From Eledone cirrhosa (Eukaryota), in the NCBI GenBank assembly GCA_964016885.1, contig OZ024743.1:42780001-42844000 (forward strand): 64,000 nucleotides of DNA, given 5' to 3'. The notes beneath the pieces were generated by a model that worked only from the letters and a program-made list of their open reading frames with translations, ran no database searches and was not told the origin of the DNA. A program made the position numbers and the translations under genes. Below are positions 39,331-52,211 of the stretch, piece by piece (the stretch's first letter is position 1; every line of letters starts with the position of its first letter).

Positions 39331-39369
39331 ATAATGATAATGATAATGATAATGTTATTATTATTATTC

Positions 39370-40181
39370 TTTGAGTCTCAGTCATTGTTGTTAGTTAACT
39401 GGAAAGTTTGTTGAAATGAAATCAAGCAACTACCTGCAGCCTCAGATATTCAGGACGTATCGGAGGGTTCTTGCTGTTCCCAGCAAGCATGCCTTTTGAA
39501 GCGTTCCAAAAAGCGTGAAGAGGCCAATTTTCTCTAACCATCCCTGGAAACTTTTTGAGATAGTACCTAGTGCGCCTATGACAATCGGGATCACTTTGAC
39601 TTCATGGCAGTTCCAAATCCTTTTTACCTACCACTTTAAGTCCTGGTATCGGTTAATTTTCTCCCTCTCCTTCTCTTGCACTCTCGTGTCGAATGGGTCG
39701 GCCACATTCACAATCAGGCACGATCTTTTTTCTTTGTCCACAACCACCAGGTCAGGTCCATTGTGTTCCAGTTTCTATCCGTCTGTATCCTAAAATCCCA
39801 CAGCACCTTCACCTGATCGTTTTCTATCACCGACTCTGGCTTATGCTCATATCACTTCTCAGAATGTGGTAAATTGTTTACTTTGCATAGGTGCCAGTGG
39901 ATCACCCTGCCCATCACATCATGTATCCAGCCCTTATAGGGAGTCTGGGCTAGGTGTTTACACTCGGATACAATGTGATCCACAGTCTCCTCTCTCTCTC
40001 CACAGATCCTGCACAGTGGGCTAGCCTCCCCCTTGTAAATATGGTGTTTCAACCACTTCGTTTTGAGGGCCTGCTCTTGCGCAGCCATTAACATTCCTTC
40101 TGTGGCCTTTTTAAGGTCTCCTCTTTTCAACCAGTTCCATGTCTGTGGATCTCTGAATTCAGTTTTCTCAAAGAAGGTACT
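39370..40181 (-). mobile_element. 3' fragment of a second R4/Dong-like family
   Basis: TEGMLMAAQEQAL..CRICGEREETVDHIVSEC..IHWHLC; (ATT)n on both sides. Confidence 0.85.
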
Positions 40182-40424
40182 ATATTATTATTATTATTAT
40201 TATTATTGAATGCTATGGTTGACGGAGGCTCGGCTCTGTAAGGTATTGTAAATTTTGACCGCTATAACAATTGTAAATTGTTTAAAACTTTAACCAAATT
40301 GTAGACAAAAACACCCTCCTCCTCGTGAGAGGGGTATTTCTGATCGTTATTTGGCCTTTCGGGGTTAAATAACCGCTTATTGGGGTTTTGTGCCCAATAT
40401 TTATTTAAAAAAACCCCAAAAAAC

Positions 40425-42542
40425 ATGGCTACGAAAAAGAATGTTCATAGGTCAATCCCACTCATTCCGTCTTCTTCCTCAATCGTCACTACAGCAGAGA
40501 GAAGATTGCCTCTCTCCCTTTCTTCTCTAAATGTGTCTCTCTCCCTCCTTTCTCTTTCGCAAGCGACGCCAGAAAAGAAAAATCACGAGCAAAGCGTCCA
40601 AGATTTCTCCACGACGACGACGACAACGACGAAAAAGGTCTGCGGTAAATACGAAAACCCATTTCATTCGTCTGACGTCAGGAATAATAGCAGTAGCAGC
40701 CGTAATGACAGCAGCAGCAGCAACAGTGACAAGGAAAACAACAGTAGCAGCCGCAACAGCATCAGCAGCAGCATAAACATCAACAGCATTAGCAGCAACA
40801 GCAACAACAAGAGCAGCAGCAACAACAACAACAACAACCACGGCAACAGCGGCGGCGGCACTAGTCGTAGTACCTGCAGCAACAACAAAAGTAACAGCAG
40901 CTCTGACGACAACAACAGCAGCAAAGAAAAACCAATCTCGTTTGCAGGTATCCCAAAGAACCTGGAAACCATCCTCATAACAAATCTTGAATTAGACGAA
41001 GCTAAGAAGATAGTGACGAAAACGGACACCGAGCAATCTTCAAGGCAGCCGAAACATTTTTTTCGAAACCCAACAGCACTGTAGGGTCACGTACCGTACA
41101 GTAAGCACAAAATCCCGTAGGGTTGAAAGAGCGACAAAGGCTCAAATACAAAAAGCCTTAGGGTCTGTGTGGAAACGGAAAACGCACATCACCCGAGGCA
41201 AGAAATATGCCACCGTAGACGTGCTTTTTGCCACACCCCAGGAGGTAAAGGCTCAATCCTTAGTGACCCTAAGGTGCGAGGAAATGGTGTTAGTGCCCTC
41301 CTACTGCGGGCAAAAATTGTGAGGGTCAAACTGACCTACGTCCCCCCCGGAATGGCCCATTCTGGGCTGGCCGCGTCTGTCCTCGTCGGAATCGAGGACA
41401 AAACAACTGTACTGCAAGTACAGAAAAAAGTAAGAGAAGATTGGGTCGGCACCTCCATTGAGATGTTAATCCAAACCAACCAGGAGTGCATCAAAGCTAT
41501 CCCGGATGTGATAGACTTCGATAACGGCACTCAACTGCCCATAAGTGTTGAGGGCAAACGCCGGAAATGCTTTCGCTGTGGATCGAAGACTCACCTCAGG
41601 GCCTTCTGCAACGAGAAGACCCTGAGAAAGGAAATAAACCCTCCTCCCGAAACCGGCTCCACGGCTACCAGCAACAGGACAAGCGGCAACCAGAAACGAT
41701 CGGTCCGTGGCACCCATACCCACGCCACGGAAATCAAGCACAACAGCAGCAGTGGAAGTATTAACAACAACAGCAATACCAAATGCAGCTGCAACAGAGA
41801 CTCCACTGCAAACATAACCAACAACAAGAAGTGAAAGAGTGGAGCTGGTACCCCTCCCCGACCTCACAGAATCAGACATGGAGTGTGAGGTGGGAGAGGG
41901 ATGGCAAAATGTCGTAAGAAGGCACACACGCAGAAGCAGCGCATCGTCGCCTTCGAAGAGGGAGGAAAGAAATGGAAACAGGGTAAAGGCTACTGCAAAG
42001 AGACCCACAGCAGCAACACAACCAACACCATCACCACCCACACTAGCACCACCATCACCACCGGCGACAACCCCACCGTCAACAACAACAACACCTTCAA
42101 CACCACCACCACAAGCGCCAACATCGCAAACACAACAACAAAACACACACACCCAGCAACAACGACAAGAAAATAGCAGAACCAGCCCCAGAAAAACAAA
42201 TGCACGGCAATAAATACACACAACAAGAAACTAATGACTTACATAATTGACTACACAGACATTTCACAGCACGACTACATAATACCAGCACCAATCAAAA
42301 TGCCGACGAACATAAGACTGGTAAAAATAGCCCAGAAACAATACACAAACACTAAAACGAAATTCCCCAACGCAGTCGGTGATTTCAGAGACCTAGGAGG
42401 GACTCTCAACCGGAGAGTATATTCGGACATACTCATAGAAGAGCCGACGACCAGCCGAAGGGACGATTCAACGGTCCCTTCACCAGACGATCAAGTGAAA
42501 AGGGATGGAGAAACCATCCTTCCTCTACGAAAAGTAAGCTAA
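40425..42542 (+). pseudogene. ORF1 (gag-like, CX2CX4HX4C knuckle), frameshifted
   Basis: CFRCGSKTHLRAFC; S/N- and P/T-rich tracts. Confidence 0.8.
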
Positions 42543-42577
42543 GTGGTCTTTCCCATCTTTTCCACTCCATTTTAAAC

Positions 42578-45500
42578 ATGACCTCACTCAGAATAGGCAG
42601 CATAAATGCGCGTGGCTTGGGGTCGTCATGGAAGCAGGGCCACCTGCTCAACGACCTCAGGTCACTAAACATAGATGTAGTGGCCATCAGCGAGACCAGA
42701 ACCTCCGAAGCACGGGCCTTCGCACCGATCTTCGGCGGCTACGATGTGTACGCATCTCCCAGCCGTCCGGGATCGGGGGAGGAGTTGCTGTGCGTTTTCG
42801 GAGAGGTTTGGATCTCGCCATACGGGCCATCTTCCTGGACCCAGAGGGTAAGTTGGTGGTGCTGGACGTGACCAGCGAAGACGGGCAAGCTTTCAGGCTA
42901 GTGGCCGTTATGCCCCGACAGGAACAGGGCGGCCTGATTTCTTCCGGCGTCTGGAGACCTTTCTTGGAACGTCCCGCTCTTTAGTGCTAGTGGGCGACTG
43001 GAACGGGATCTTACCTGCACGCTGGGACTGTGTGGGATTAGCGGATATGGGTGGAGGGTGCAAGAGCCTCACCAACCTGCTCAGGCGTTTTGAACTGTCT
43101 GACAAGTACCTATTGGATTTCCCGAATGTGCCAATGTGGACTTGGACAAATCGTCTAGGTTCATCCAGATCATATCTAGATAGAGTATTTTGTAGGGAAA
43201 TAGATAGGTCTAGCATAAGCTGTCCACAATTCAAGATAGTCAGCTACACGGACCACAAATTCGTGATCTGTTTGCTTGACTTAGATAGGCTTCATAGACG
43301 AGGACCCGGCTACTGGAAGCTAAACGCGTCCTTACCAGCGCGCAAGGCCTACAGAGACCGGATTAGCGTACTATTTAAGCGGGCGTTGACGGGGGCCATC
43401 GTCAACAACAAGTGGTGGTTTGCTCTGAAAAGAACAATTAGAATAGAATCCATTAGGTTTAGTAAGGCTTTAGCAATAGAGAAAAATAGAGCAGAGGGAG
43501 AACTAGTTAGAAAATTAGACGAGGCGCTTAGAAAAGGCATCGCGACCGACGTGCTTGCGGCGAAATTGGCCCTTGACCAATACTTCAATGCAAAGCACGA
43601 AGGCTGCGTTGTCAGAGCTAGGGTGCGTGCTCTCAGACACGAGGGGACGAAAGCCGTTCAATGGGTCCGAGTGGCGGAGGCTCGTCGTGGCAACAAAGCC
43701 ACGATCCAGACTTTGGTGGACCACGACGGGCGCATGCTACTCGAACCCGGGCAAATGTGAAGCTTTTCAGCGGCACTTCGCTCAGCTGTTCGGGGGCAGC
43801 GGTGGGCCGGATCGAGGGATGGACTTTAGTGTCTACCTCGACGGACTGCCGCGGTTTTCGGCCACTGAGGCGGAGTATTGCGAAAAGCCGATTACAGCTG
43901 CTGAAGTACGGGAGGCAATGACTGGCTGCACAAGGGGTAAATCGCCTGGTTTGGATGGTCTGCCCTATGAACTTTACGTACAGATGCCAGACTTGTTCGG
44001 AGGCCTCATGGCGGACGTCTACTGCAACTGACAACAGAACGGGAGAATTCCCAGCTCTGTGAGTCGAGGAGCGGTGGCACTGCTGAGAAGGGATCCGAAC
44101 AAGGGGGATAACATAGATAATTTCAATCCCATAACTCTGCTAAACACAGAGTACAAGATTTTGGCCAAGGTGCTAGCAAAGAGGTTGGCGCTTGTCGTTG
44201 GTGGTCTGGTGGGAGAGGCACAGACATGCGCCATTCCCGACAGATCAATCCACGACAACCTCCACCTCATGCGATACATGGTAGAGAGGATGGCTAGGGA
44301 ACCTGGCACGGGTGGGTCCTTTATCAATTTAGATCAGTCCAAAGATTTCGATTGGGTCGACCATCGTTACCTAGCGGCAGTCCTGAGGGCGGCTGGCTTT
44401 GGGCCCGTCTTCAGAGGCTGGATCGTTGCAATGCACAACAATATTTGCTCTGTGGTGAGAGTGAAAGGTCACCTTTCGGAACCGTTCAACATCATGCGCT
44501 CGGTCCGCCAAGGATGTCCCCTCTCGTCCCTCTTGTACGTATTGACTCTCGAGTTATTACTGCACAAACTGGAGACGTTGAGGGGCGTCCCGCGCGAACT
44601 AGCATGCGGAAGATCCGTGTCAGCATATGCGGACTATATCACAGTAGTTGTGTCGAACGCCAAACACATCGAATCGATCGGCACTACACTAAGAGAATAC
44701 GAAGCGGTGACAGGAGCAATGATCAACCAGGAAAAGTCAGTGGGCCTGCAGCTCGGCACCTGGAGAGGCAGGTCCATGCCGTCCAACAACGTCGTCGGAC
44801 GCTGGACGGACGGACCAGTTAAATTGCTAGGGGTCTGGTTCGGTCCGGACTTCCAGACGGACAAAAACTGGGACGAGGTGACGAGCAGGGTGGCTTCTCT
44901 CACCCAGAAATGGGCCGAGAGGAAGCTATCCCTGAAAGGTCGAGCGGAGGTGGCTAACGCGTACATCGCGTCTGTCATCTGCTACCGCCTGACCGTCGTA
45001 CCTTGTCCTAAGTCCCGCCAAACTGCGCTGGAGCGTTTGCTCTTTCGCTTTTTGTGGAAGGGACGCGCTCCGATGGTCAGGCGGTCCATCTGCTGTCAAT
45101 AACTGCTACGTGGAGGGCTGGGAATGCCGTGGTGCTGATCCGCAGACACGCGCTCAGGCTACGACATCTCCACCTCTTCCTCGACGGTGATCATGTGTGG
45201 TCACCGTTTGCTAGACACGTTTTTCCCCAGCTCGTTTCCTTGACGGAGCTGCAGTCCTGGGTCAAGCGAAGACCGAGAGGGAGCGCTTGGAGACTGGAAT
45301 GTCTTCAGGCGCTCACAGCCCTCGACCAATCGGGCAATGTGATCGGTTGAAACTCCACCTCGGCGTTCTATAGAGGATTAGTGGAGGGGAAGAGCGACGA
45401 TGTACTTGGGGAAACTCTAGGCGTCGACGAAAATCAACTAGCCAATCTCTTCGGGCCGGGACCTATGGACAACTTCCAGAAATCTCTGGCCTGGCAGTGC

Positions 45501-45980
45501 TACCGAGGAGCCTTGCCATTTCGGGATAAACTCTACAGGCATGGAGGTGCCGTCAGCCGGACATGTCCGAGATGCGCGCAGGGCGAGGAAACCGTCCTGC
45601 ACGCACTCGTCTAGTGTCCGAAAATTGCTGACTTGTGGGTTTATGTCGAACACCTGCTGCCGCGTGTAGGACGGATCCGGCTATCAGCTGCGTCCATCGT
45701 GAGGATTGCCCCGCCCTCTTCCTTTAGCCGGGAACGGCAGGCAGTTTTTATCTGTCTGGTGGCCATGACGAAAGAGATAGTATGGTGGACACGCATGAAA
45801 GGGCTGAAGACGAGCACTTACCTCTTCGGTGATGCCCTGATTGACTTTTTCAAATTTCATTTGAAAAGGGAAATCAGAGTTGAGAGGGAAGTGCTCTCTT
45901 CCCAGCATTTTGTTGAAAGATGGGTGAGAGAAGCAAGAATGGCCCGAATGTATGGGCCTACTCTCAGTACGTATCTGTAA
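42578..45980 (+). pseudogene. ORF2 APE endonuclease + RT + C-terminal Cys domain, multiple lesions
   Basis: SINARGL, ISET, GDWN, SYLDR, TDHK, YWKLN, KSPGLDG, RQGCPLS, YADY, CPRC..ETVLH. Confidence 0.92.
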
Positions 45981-46242
45981 ATTAAAGGTGGAAAATAGAC
46001 CGAGAAACAGGAATGTCCATTATCATTAGTCTGGTGGTCATGGTCACTGTGGCCTTTACTGGGCTTTCTCCGCAAATGTCCCTCCGAAGTCTCTCCCCTA
46101 TTGGGGAATTTTTCATTATTATTTTTTGTTACATCCTCTGTTTTTGCTTTTTACACGTAGAAATGCCCATTTGTACCGTCCTGTATTGTCCTGCACTGTC
46201 CTTAATGTCTACTTTATGTAAACCCTTGGGGTTAATAAAGAA

Positions 46243-46263
46243 ATAATAATAATAATAATAATA

Positions 46264-46310
<47 letters not shown>
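46243..46310. repeat. (AAT)n(ATT)n palindromic trinucleotide spacer
   Basis: About 8 AAT units followed by about 15 ATT units. Confidence 0.97.
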
Positions 46311-46311
<1 letters not shown>

Positions 46312-46521
46312 GGCGACCTACGTAGTAAATCGTATCATCGTGAGCTCCGCAAAGGTTTGTTATTTCCGTTTGTTAAAATTTGCCATTTATGGAAAATTTT
46401 TATTGTTAACTATATATAAGCGCACATACATTGTTTTCCGAAAAGGACACCCAAAAAGATTGAGGCCTTGTGCCCAAAATTTAAACTTTTATGATTATCA
46501 AAAAATTTCTTTGAAATAAAA

Positions 46522-48504
46522 ATGGCTAATTCACCACTGCACCAAGCAGCTGAAAGCCTTTCTCACAAATTAACACATCACACCGACACCACCATTGTAA
46601 ATGATACTACATCTGCCAACACACACAATTTAAGCACTAGCAATATTTTAAATTTGTCTCAGGCAGACATTCATTTTCCGCCATTACCAATGACTGCAGG
46701 TGTTAAAGCCGCCACTACCACAACCACCGCGACAACCACCACACCCACCACCACCGCGACAACAGAAACACAAGGAAAAAATAAATCAACTCGCGATGTC
46801 GAAATATTTTCAACCAAAATGGACTCTCCCAAACCGAACTTCACTGACGTCACCACCACCACAACTGAAACTAAAATTATTAATAACAAAAATAACGATA
46901 GCAACAACAATAACAATGACATTAAAAAACCACCCTGAATTTTGCCAGAGTAGCAAAAGAGTGCGAAGCATATGCGGTAACTCAGGAGGAATTAGAAAAT
47001 GCCAAACAAATGGTAAAGAAAGATGGGTACGGGGTCAGCCTCACCCCACCCCCACCTAATGAAATGGAGCATCGGCGCCTATGCACCGTGTCGTATCGAA
47101 CAATAAATGTAAAATCGCGCCGAGTGGAACGGGCATCCGAGTCCCAAATCCAAAAAGCTTTGGGACATGTGTGGGCAACAAAAACCCACATCAGACGTGG
47201 GCAGAAGTATGGAACCGTGGACGTGTTCTTTGAAACACCAGAGGAGGCTAGAGAACACTCCATGGCCCCATTAAGAAGTGACGACTTCACACTCGTCCCA
47301 AGCTATTGTGTACAGAGACTCGTAAAGATCCGGGTGACCCACATTCCACCGGCCATCGAAATTCCCTGGCTAATAGCGGCTGTCCTCGCCGGCATCGAAG
47401 CCAACACAAAGATAATAGCAATAGCAACAGAAAAGCAGGAGAACTGGTCCGGATCTGGGATGGAGCTCCTGATCCAAGCGGACCAAAAAAGCATTGAGGA
47501 GATCCCAGAGGTAATAGACCTCACTGACGGCAGCCCCCTCACCGTAATTGTCGAGGGCAGAAGGCCTAGGTGTGTCGTTTGTTGTGAAGGAACCCACTTA
47601 GGGTCTTTCTGCCCTCAGGCTAAAAGGTTGAGGCCACCTCTCCTACCCACCCCAGTGACACAACCATCAACACCACCAGTAGCAGAGATGGCAGCAACAA
47701 CTGTAGCAGCAACAACAGAAGCAACTATAAGAGCAACAACCCCAGCAACAGTAGCAAAACCAACACCACCACCACCAGCAAAACCAACACCACCACCACC
47801 CAACGCTTCAGAACTAGCACCAGCGCCTACACCATCCACCACGCCACAACCAAAACTAACGCCTGTGGAGGATTTTACACTCCTCAGCCTATCACAACTG
47901 AAGACAGTTTGTGACGACGAGGAGTTGGAAATGGTATCAGGAAAAAAAAAGAAACCAAATAAGAAAAAATTCTCTTCCTTCCCACTCCAAAAACAAAATA
48001 CAGAGGGAAACAAATAAATTAACAAACAAAAAAGTTAGGACAGATATGCCACCATCCACACCAGCATCACCAACCCCATCAACCCAAATTCCAACACCAT
48101 CACCATCATTAACCCCAACACCACCATCACCTACACCACAAAAGTCACCAAAATGCGAAACAGAAACAAACCCACAACAAACGCAAACAAAACAAACAAC
48201 CAAACCGATCCACACTACACAGCATTAAATTTGAACAAGAAGCAATTATTACACTACATCCAACACAACACCAGCATCACCGAAAAAGACTACACAACAA
48301 CCCCAAAATTCACACCACCTCCACACATAGAAATCACTCGCATAACGCAGAAAACGTACATGACACTAAAACAAAAATTCCCCAAAGACATCGGAGACTT
48401 CCGACAAGCACTTTCCAGGAGGATATAAGGACATCCTTCCTGAGGAGGCCACAAGCAGTGAAAAGGATGGAAAAACCGTCCTTCCTCTACGAGAAGTAAG
48501 CTAA
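46522..48504 (+). pseudogene. ORF1 (divergent from copy 1), interrupted
   Basis: CVVCCEGTHLGSFC knuckle; KSRRVERASESQIQKALG is homologous to copy 1. Confidence 0.8.
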
Positions 48505-48538
48505 GTGGTCTTTCCCATCTTTTACACTCCTTTTCAAC

Positions 48539-51500
48539 ATGACCTCACTCAGAATAGGCAGCATAAATGCGCGTGGCTTGGGGTCGTCATGGAAGCAGGG
48601 CCACCTGCTCAACGACCTCAGGTCACTAAACATAGATGTAGTGGCCATCAGCGAGACCAGAATCTCCAAAGCACGGGCCTTCGCACCGATCTTCGGCGGC
48701 TACGATGTGTACGCATCTCCCAGCCGTCCGGGATCGGTGGGAGGAATTGCTGTGCTTTTTCGGAGAGGCTTGGAACTTGCCATACGGGCCATCTTCCTGG
48801 AACCAGAAGGTAAGTTGGTGGTGCTGGACGTGACCAGCGGAGAAGGGCAAGCTTTCAGGTTAGCGGCCGTTATGCCCCGACAGGAGCAGGGCGGCCTGAT
48901 TTCTTCCGGCGTCTAGAGACCTTTCTTGGAACGTCCCGCTCTTTAGTGTTAGTGGGCGACTGGAACGGGATCTTAGATGCACGCTGGGATTGTGTGGGAT
49001 TAGTGGATAGGGAAGGAGGGTGCAAGAGCCTCACCAACCTGCTCAGGCGTTTTGAACTGTCTGACAGGTACCGAATGGATTTCCCGAATGTACCAATGTG
49101 GACTTGGACAAATCGCATAGGGTCAACCAGATCATATCTAGATAGAGTATTTTGTAGGGAAATAGATAGGTCTAGCATAGGTTGTCCACAATTCAAGATA
49201 GTCAGCTACACGGACCACAAATTCGTGATCTGTTTGCTTGACTTAGATAGGCTTCATAGACGAGGACCCGGCTACTGGAAGCTAAACGCGTCCTTACCAG
49301 CGCGCAAGGCCTACAGAGACCGGATTAGCGAACTAGTTAAGCGGGCGTTGACGGGGGCCATCGTCAACAACAAGTGGTGGTTTGCTCTGAAAAGAGCAAT
49401 TAGAATAGAGTCCATTAGGTTTAGTAAGGCTTTAGCAATAGAGAAAAATAGAGCAGAGGGAGAATTAGTTAGAAAATTAGACGAGGCGCTTGGCAAAGGC
49501 AGAGCGACCGACGTGCTTGCGGCGAAATTGGCCCTTGACCAATTCTTCAATGCAAAGCACGAAGGTTGCGTTGTCAGAGCTAGGGTGCGTGCTCTCAGAT
49601 ACGAGGGGACGAAAGCCGTTCAATGGGCCCGAGTGGCGGAGGCGCGTCGTGGCAACAAAGCCACGATCCGGTCTTTGGTGGACCACGACGGGCGCATGCT
49701 ACTCGATCCCGGGCAAGTGCGTGAAGCTTTTCAGCGGCACTTCGCTCAACTGTTCGGGGGAAGTGGCGGGCCGGATCGAGGGATGGACTTTAGTGTCTAC
49801 CTCGATGGACTGCTGCGGCTTTCGGCCACTGAGGCGGAGTATTGCGAAAAGCCGATAACAACCGCTGAAGTACGGGAGGCAATTTCTGGCTGCACAAGGG
49901 GTAAATCGCCTGGTTTGGATGGTCTGCCCTATGAATTTTACGTACAAATGCCAGACTTGTTCGGAGGCCTCTTGGCGGACGTCTACTGCAACTGGCAACA
50001 GAATGGGACAATTCCCAGCTCTGTGAGCCGAGGAGCGGTGGCGCTGCTTAGAAAGGATCCGAACAAGGGGGATAACATAGATAATTTCCGGCCCATAACT
50101 CTGCTAAACACAGAGTTCAAGATTTTTGACAAGGTGCTAGCAAAGAGGTTGGCGCTTGTCGGTGGTCTGGTGGGAGAGGCACAGACATGCGCCATTCCCG
50201 ACAGATCCATCCACGACAACCTCCTCCTCATGCGATACATCGTAGAGAGGGAAGCTAGGGAACCTGGCACGGGTGGGCCTTTGATCAATTTAGATCAGTC
50301 GAAAGCCTTCGATAGGGTCGACCATCGTTACCTAGCGGCAGTCCTGAGGGCGGCTGGCTTTGGGCCCGTCTTCAGAGGCTGGATCGCTGCCATGCACAGC
50401 GACATCTGCTCTGTAGTGAGAGTGAAATGTCACCTTTCGGAACCGTTCAACATCATGCGCTCGGTCCGCCAAGGATGTCCCCTCTCGTCCCTCTTGTACG
50501 TATTGACTCTCGAGTTATTACTGCACAAACTGGAGACGTTGAGGGGGGTCCCGCGCGAACTAGGATGCGGAAGATCCGTGTCAGCATACGCAGACGATGT
50601 CACCGTAGTGGTGTCGAACGCCAAACACATCGAGGCGATCGGCACTACGCTAAGAGAATACGAAGCGGTGACAGGAGCAATGATCAACCAGGAAAAGTCA
50701 GTGGGCCTGCAGCTTGGCACCTGGAGAAGCAGGTCCATGCCGTCCAACAGCGTCGTCGGGCGCTGGACGGACGGACCGGTTAAATTGCTAGGAGTCTGGT
50801 TCGGTCCAGACCTCCAGATGGACAAACACTGGGACGAGGTGACGAGCAGGGTGGCTTCTCTCACCCAGAAATGGGCCGAGAGGAAGCTATCCCTGAAAGG
50901 TCAAGCGGAGGTGGCTAATGTGTACATCGTGTCCGTCATCTACTACCGCCTGACTGTCGTACCTTGTCCTAAGCCCCCCCCCCCCTGACTGCGCTGGAGC
51001 GTTTGCTCTTTCGCTTCTTGTGGAAGGGACGCGCTCCGATGGTCAGGCGGTCCATCTGCTGTCAACAACCGCTACGTGGAGGGCTGGGCATGCCGTGGCT
51101 GATGATGCGCAGACACGCGCTCAGGCTACGACATCTTAACCTCTTCCTCGACGGTGATCAGGTGTGGTCGCCGTTTGCTAGACACGTTTTTCCCCAGCTC
51201 GTCTCCTTGACGGAGCTGCAGTCCTGGGTCAAGCGAAGACCGAGAGGGAGCGCTTGGAGACTGGAATGTCTTCAGGCGCTCATAGCCCTCGACCAATCGG
51301 GCAATGTGATCGGTGGAAACTCCACCTTGGCGTTCTATGGGGGATTAGTGGAGGGGAAGAGCGACGACGTACTTGGAGAAACTCTAGGCGTCGACGAAAA
51401 TCAACTAGCCAATCTCTTCGGAAGGACATTCGGGCCGGGGCCTATGGACAACTTCCAGAAATCCCTGGCCTGGCAGTGCTACCCTGGAGCTTTGCCTGTT

Positions 51501-51957
51501 CGGGATAAACTCTACAGGCATGGAGGTGCCGTCAGCCGGGCATGTCCGAGATGTGCGCAGGGCGACGAAACCGTTCTGCACGCACTCGTCTAGTGTCCGA
51601 GCATTGTTGACTTGTGGGTTTATGTCGAACACCTGCTATAACGTGTAGGACGGATCCAGCTATCAGCTGAGTTCATCGTGAGGATTGCCCCGCCCTCTTC
51701 CTTTAGCCAGGAAGGGCAGGCAGTTTTTATCTGTCTGGTGGCCATGGCGAAAGAGATAGTATGGTGGACACGTTTGAAAGGGCTGAAGACGAGCACTTAC
51801 ACTTCGGTGATGCCCTGATTAACTTTTTCAAATTTCATTTGAAAAGGAAAATCAGGGTAGAGGGGGAAGTGCTCTCTTGCCAGCATTTTGTTGAAAGATG
51901 GGTGAGAGAGGCAAGTATGGCCCGAATGAATGGGCCTTTCTGAGTATGTGTCTGTAA
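48539..51957 (+). pseudogene. ORF2 APE + RT, frameshifted
   Basis: 680-aa open stretch containing LDQSKAFDRV and YADDV. Confidence 0.93.
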
Positions 51958-52211
51958 ATTAAAGGTGGGAAACTGGGAGAGGGCACTTGCCCTGGTGGTC
52001 AGGGTCACTGTTGTCTTTTAATGGGCTTTCTCCACAAATGTCCCTCTGAAGCCTCCCCCCTATTGGGGAATTTTTCTTTGTTATTTTATTACATCCTCTG
52101 TTTTTTTTACACGCAGAAATGCCCATTTGTACCGTCCTGTATTGTCCTGTACTGTCCTTAATGTCTATTTTATGTAATAAAGAAAACATTATTATTATTA
52201 TTATTATTATA

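Larger units (their letters stand above)
40208..46242 (+). mobile_element. Tx1/L1-clade LINE copy 1 (full length, defective)
   Basis: ORF1 + APE-RT ORF2; (ATT)n upstream and (AAT)n(ATT)n downstream. Confidence 0.93.
46311..52187 (+). mobile_element. Tx1/L1-clade LINE copy 2 (full length, defective)
   Basis: As copy 1; (ATT)n on both sides. Confidence 0.93.
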
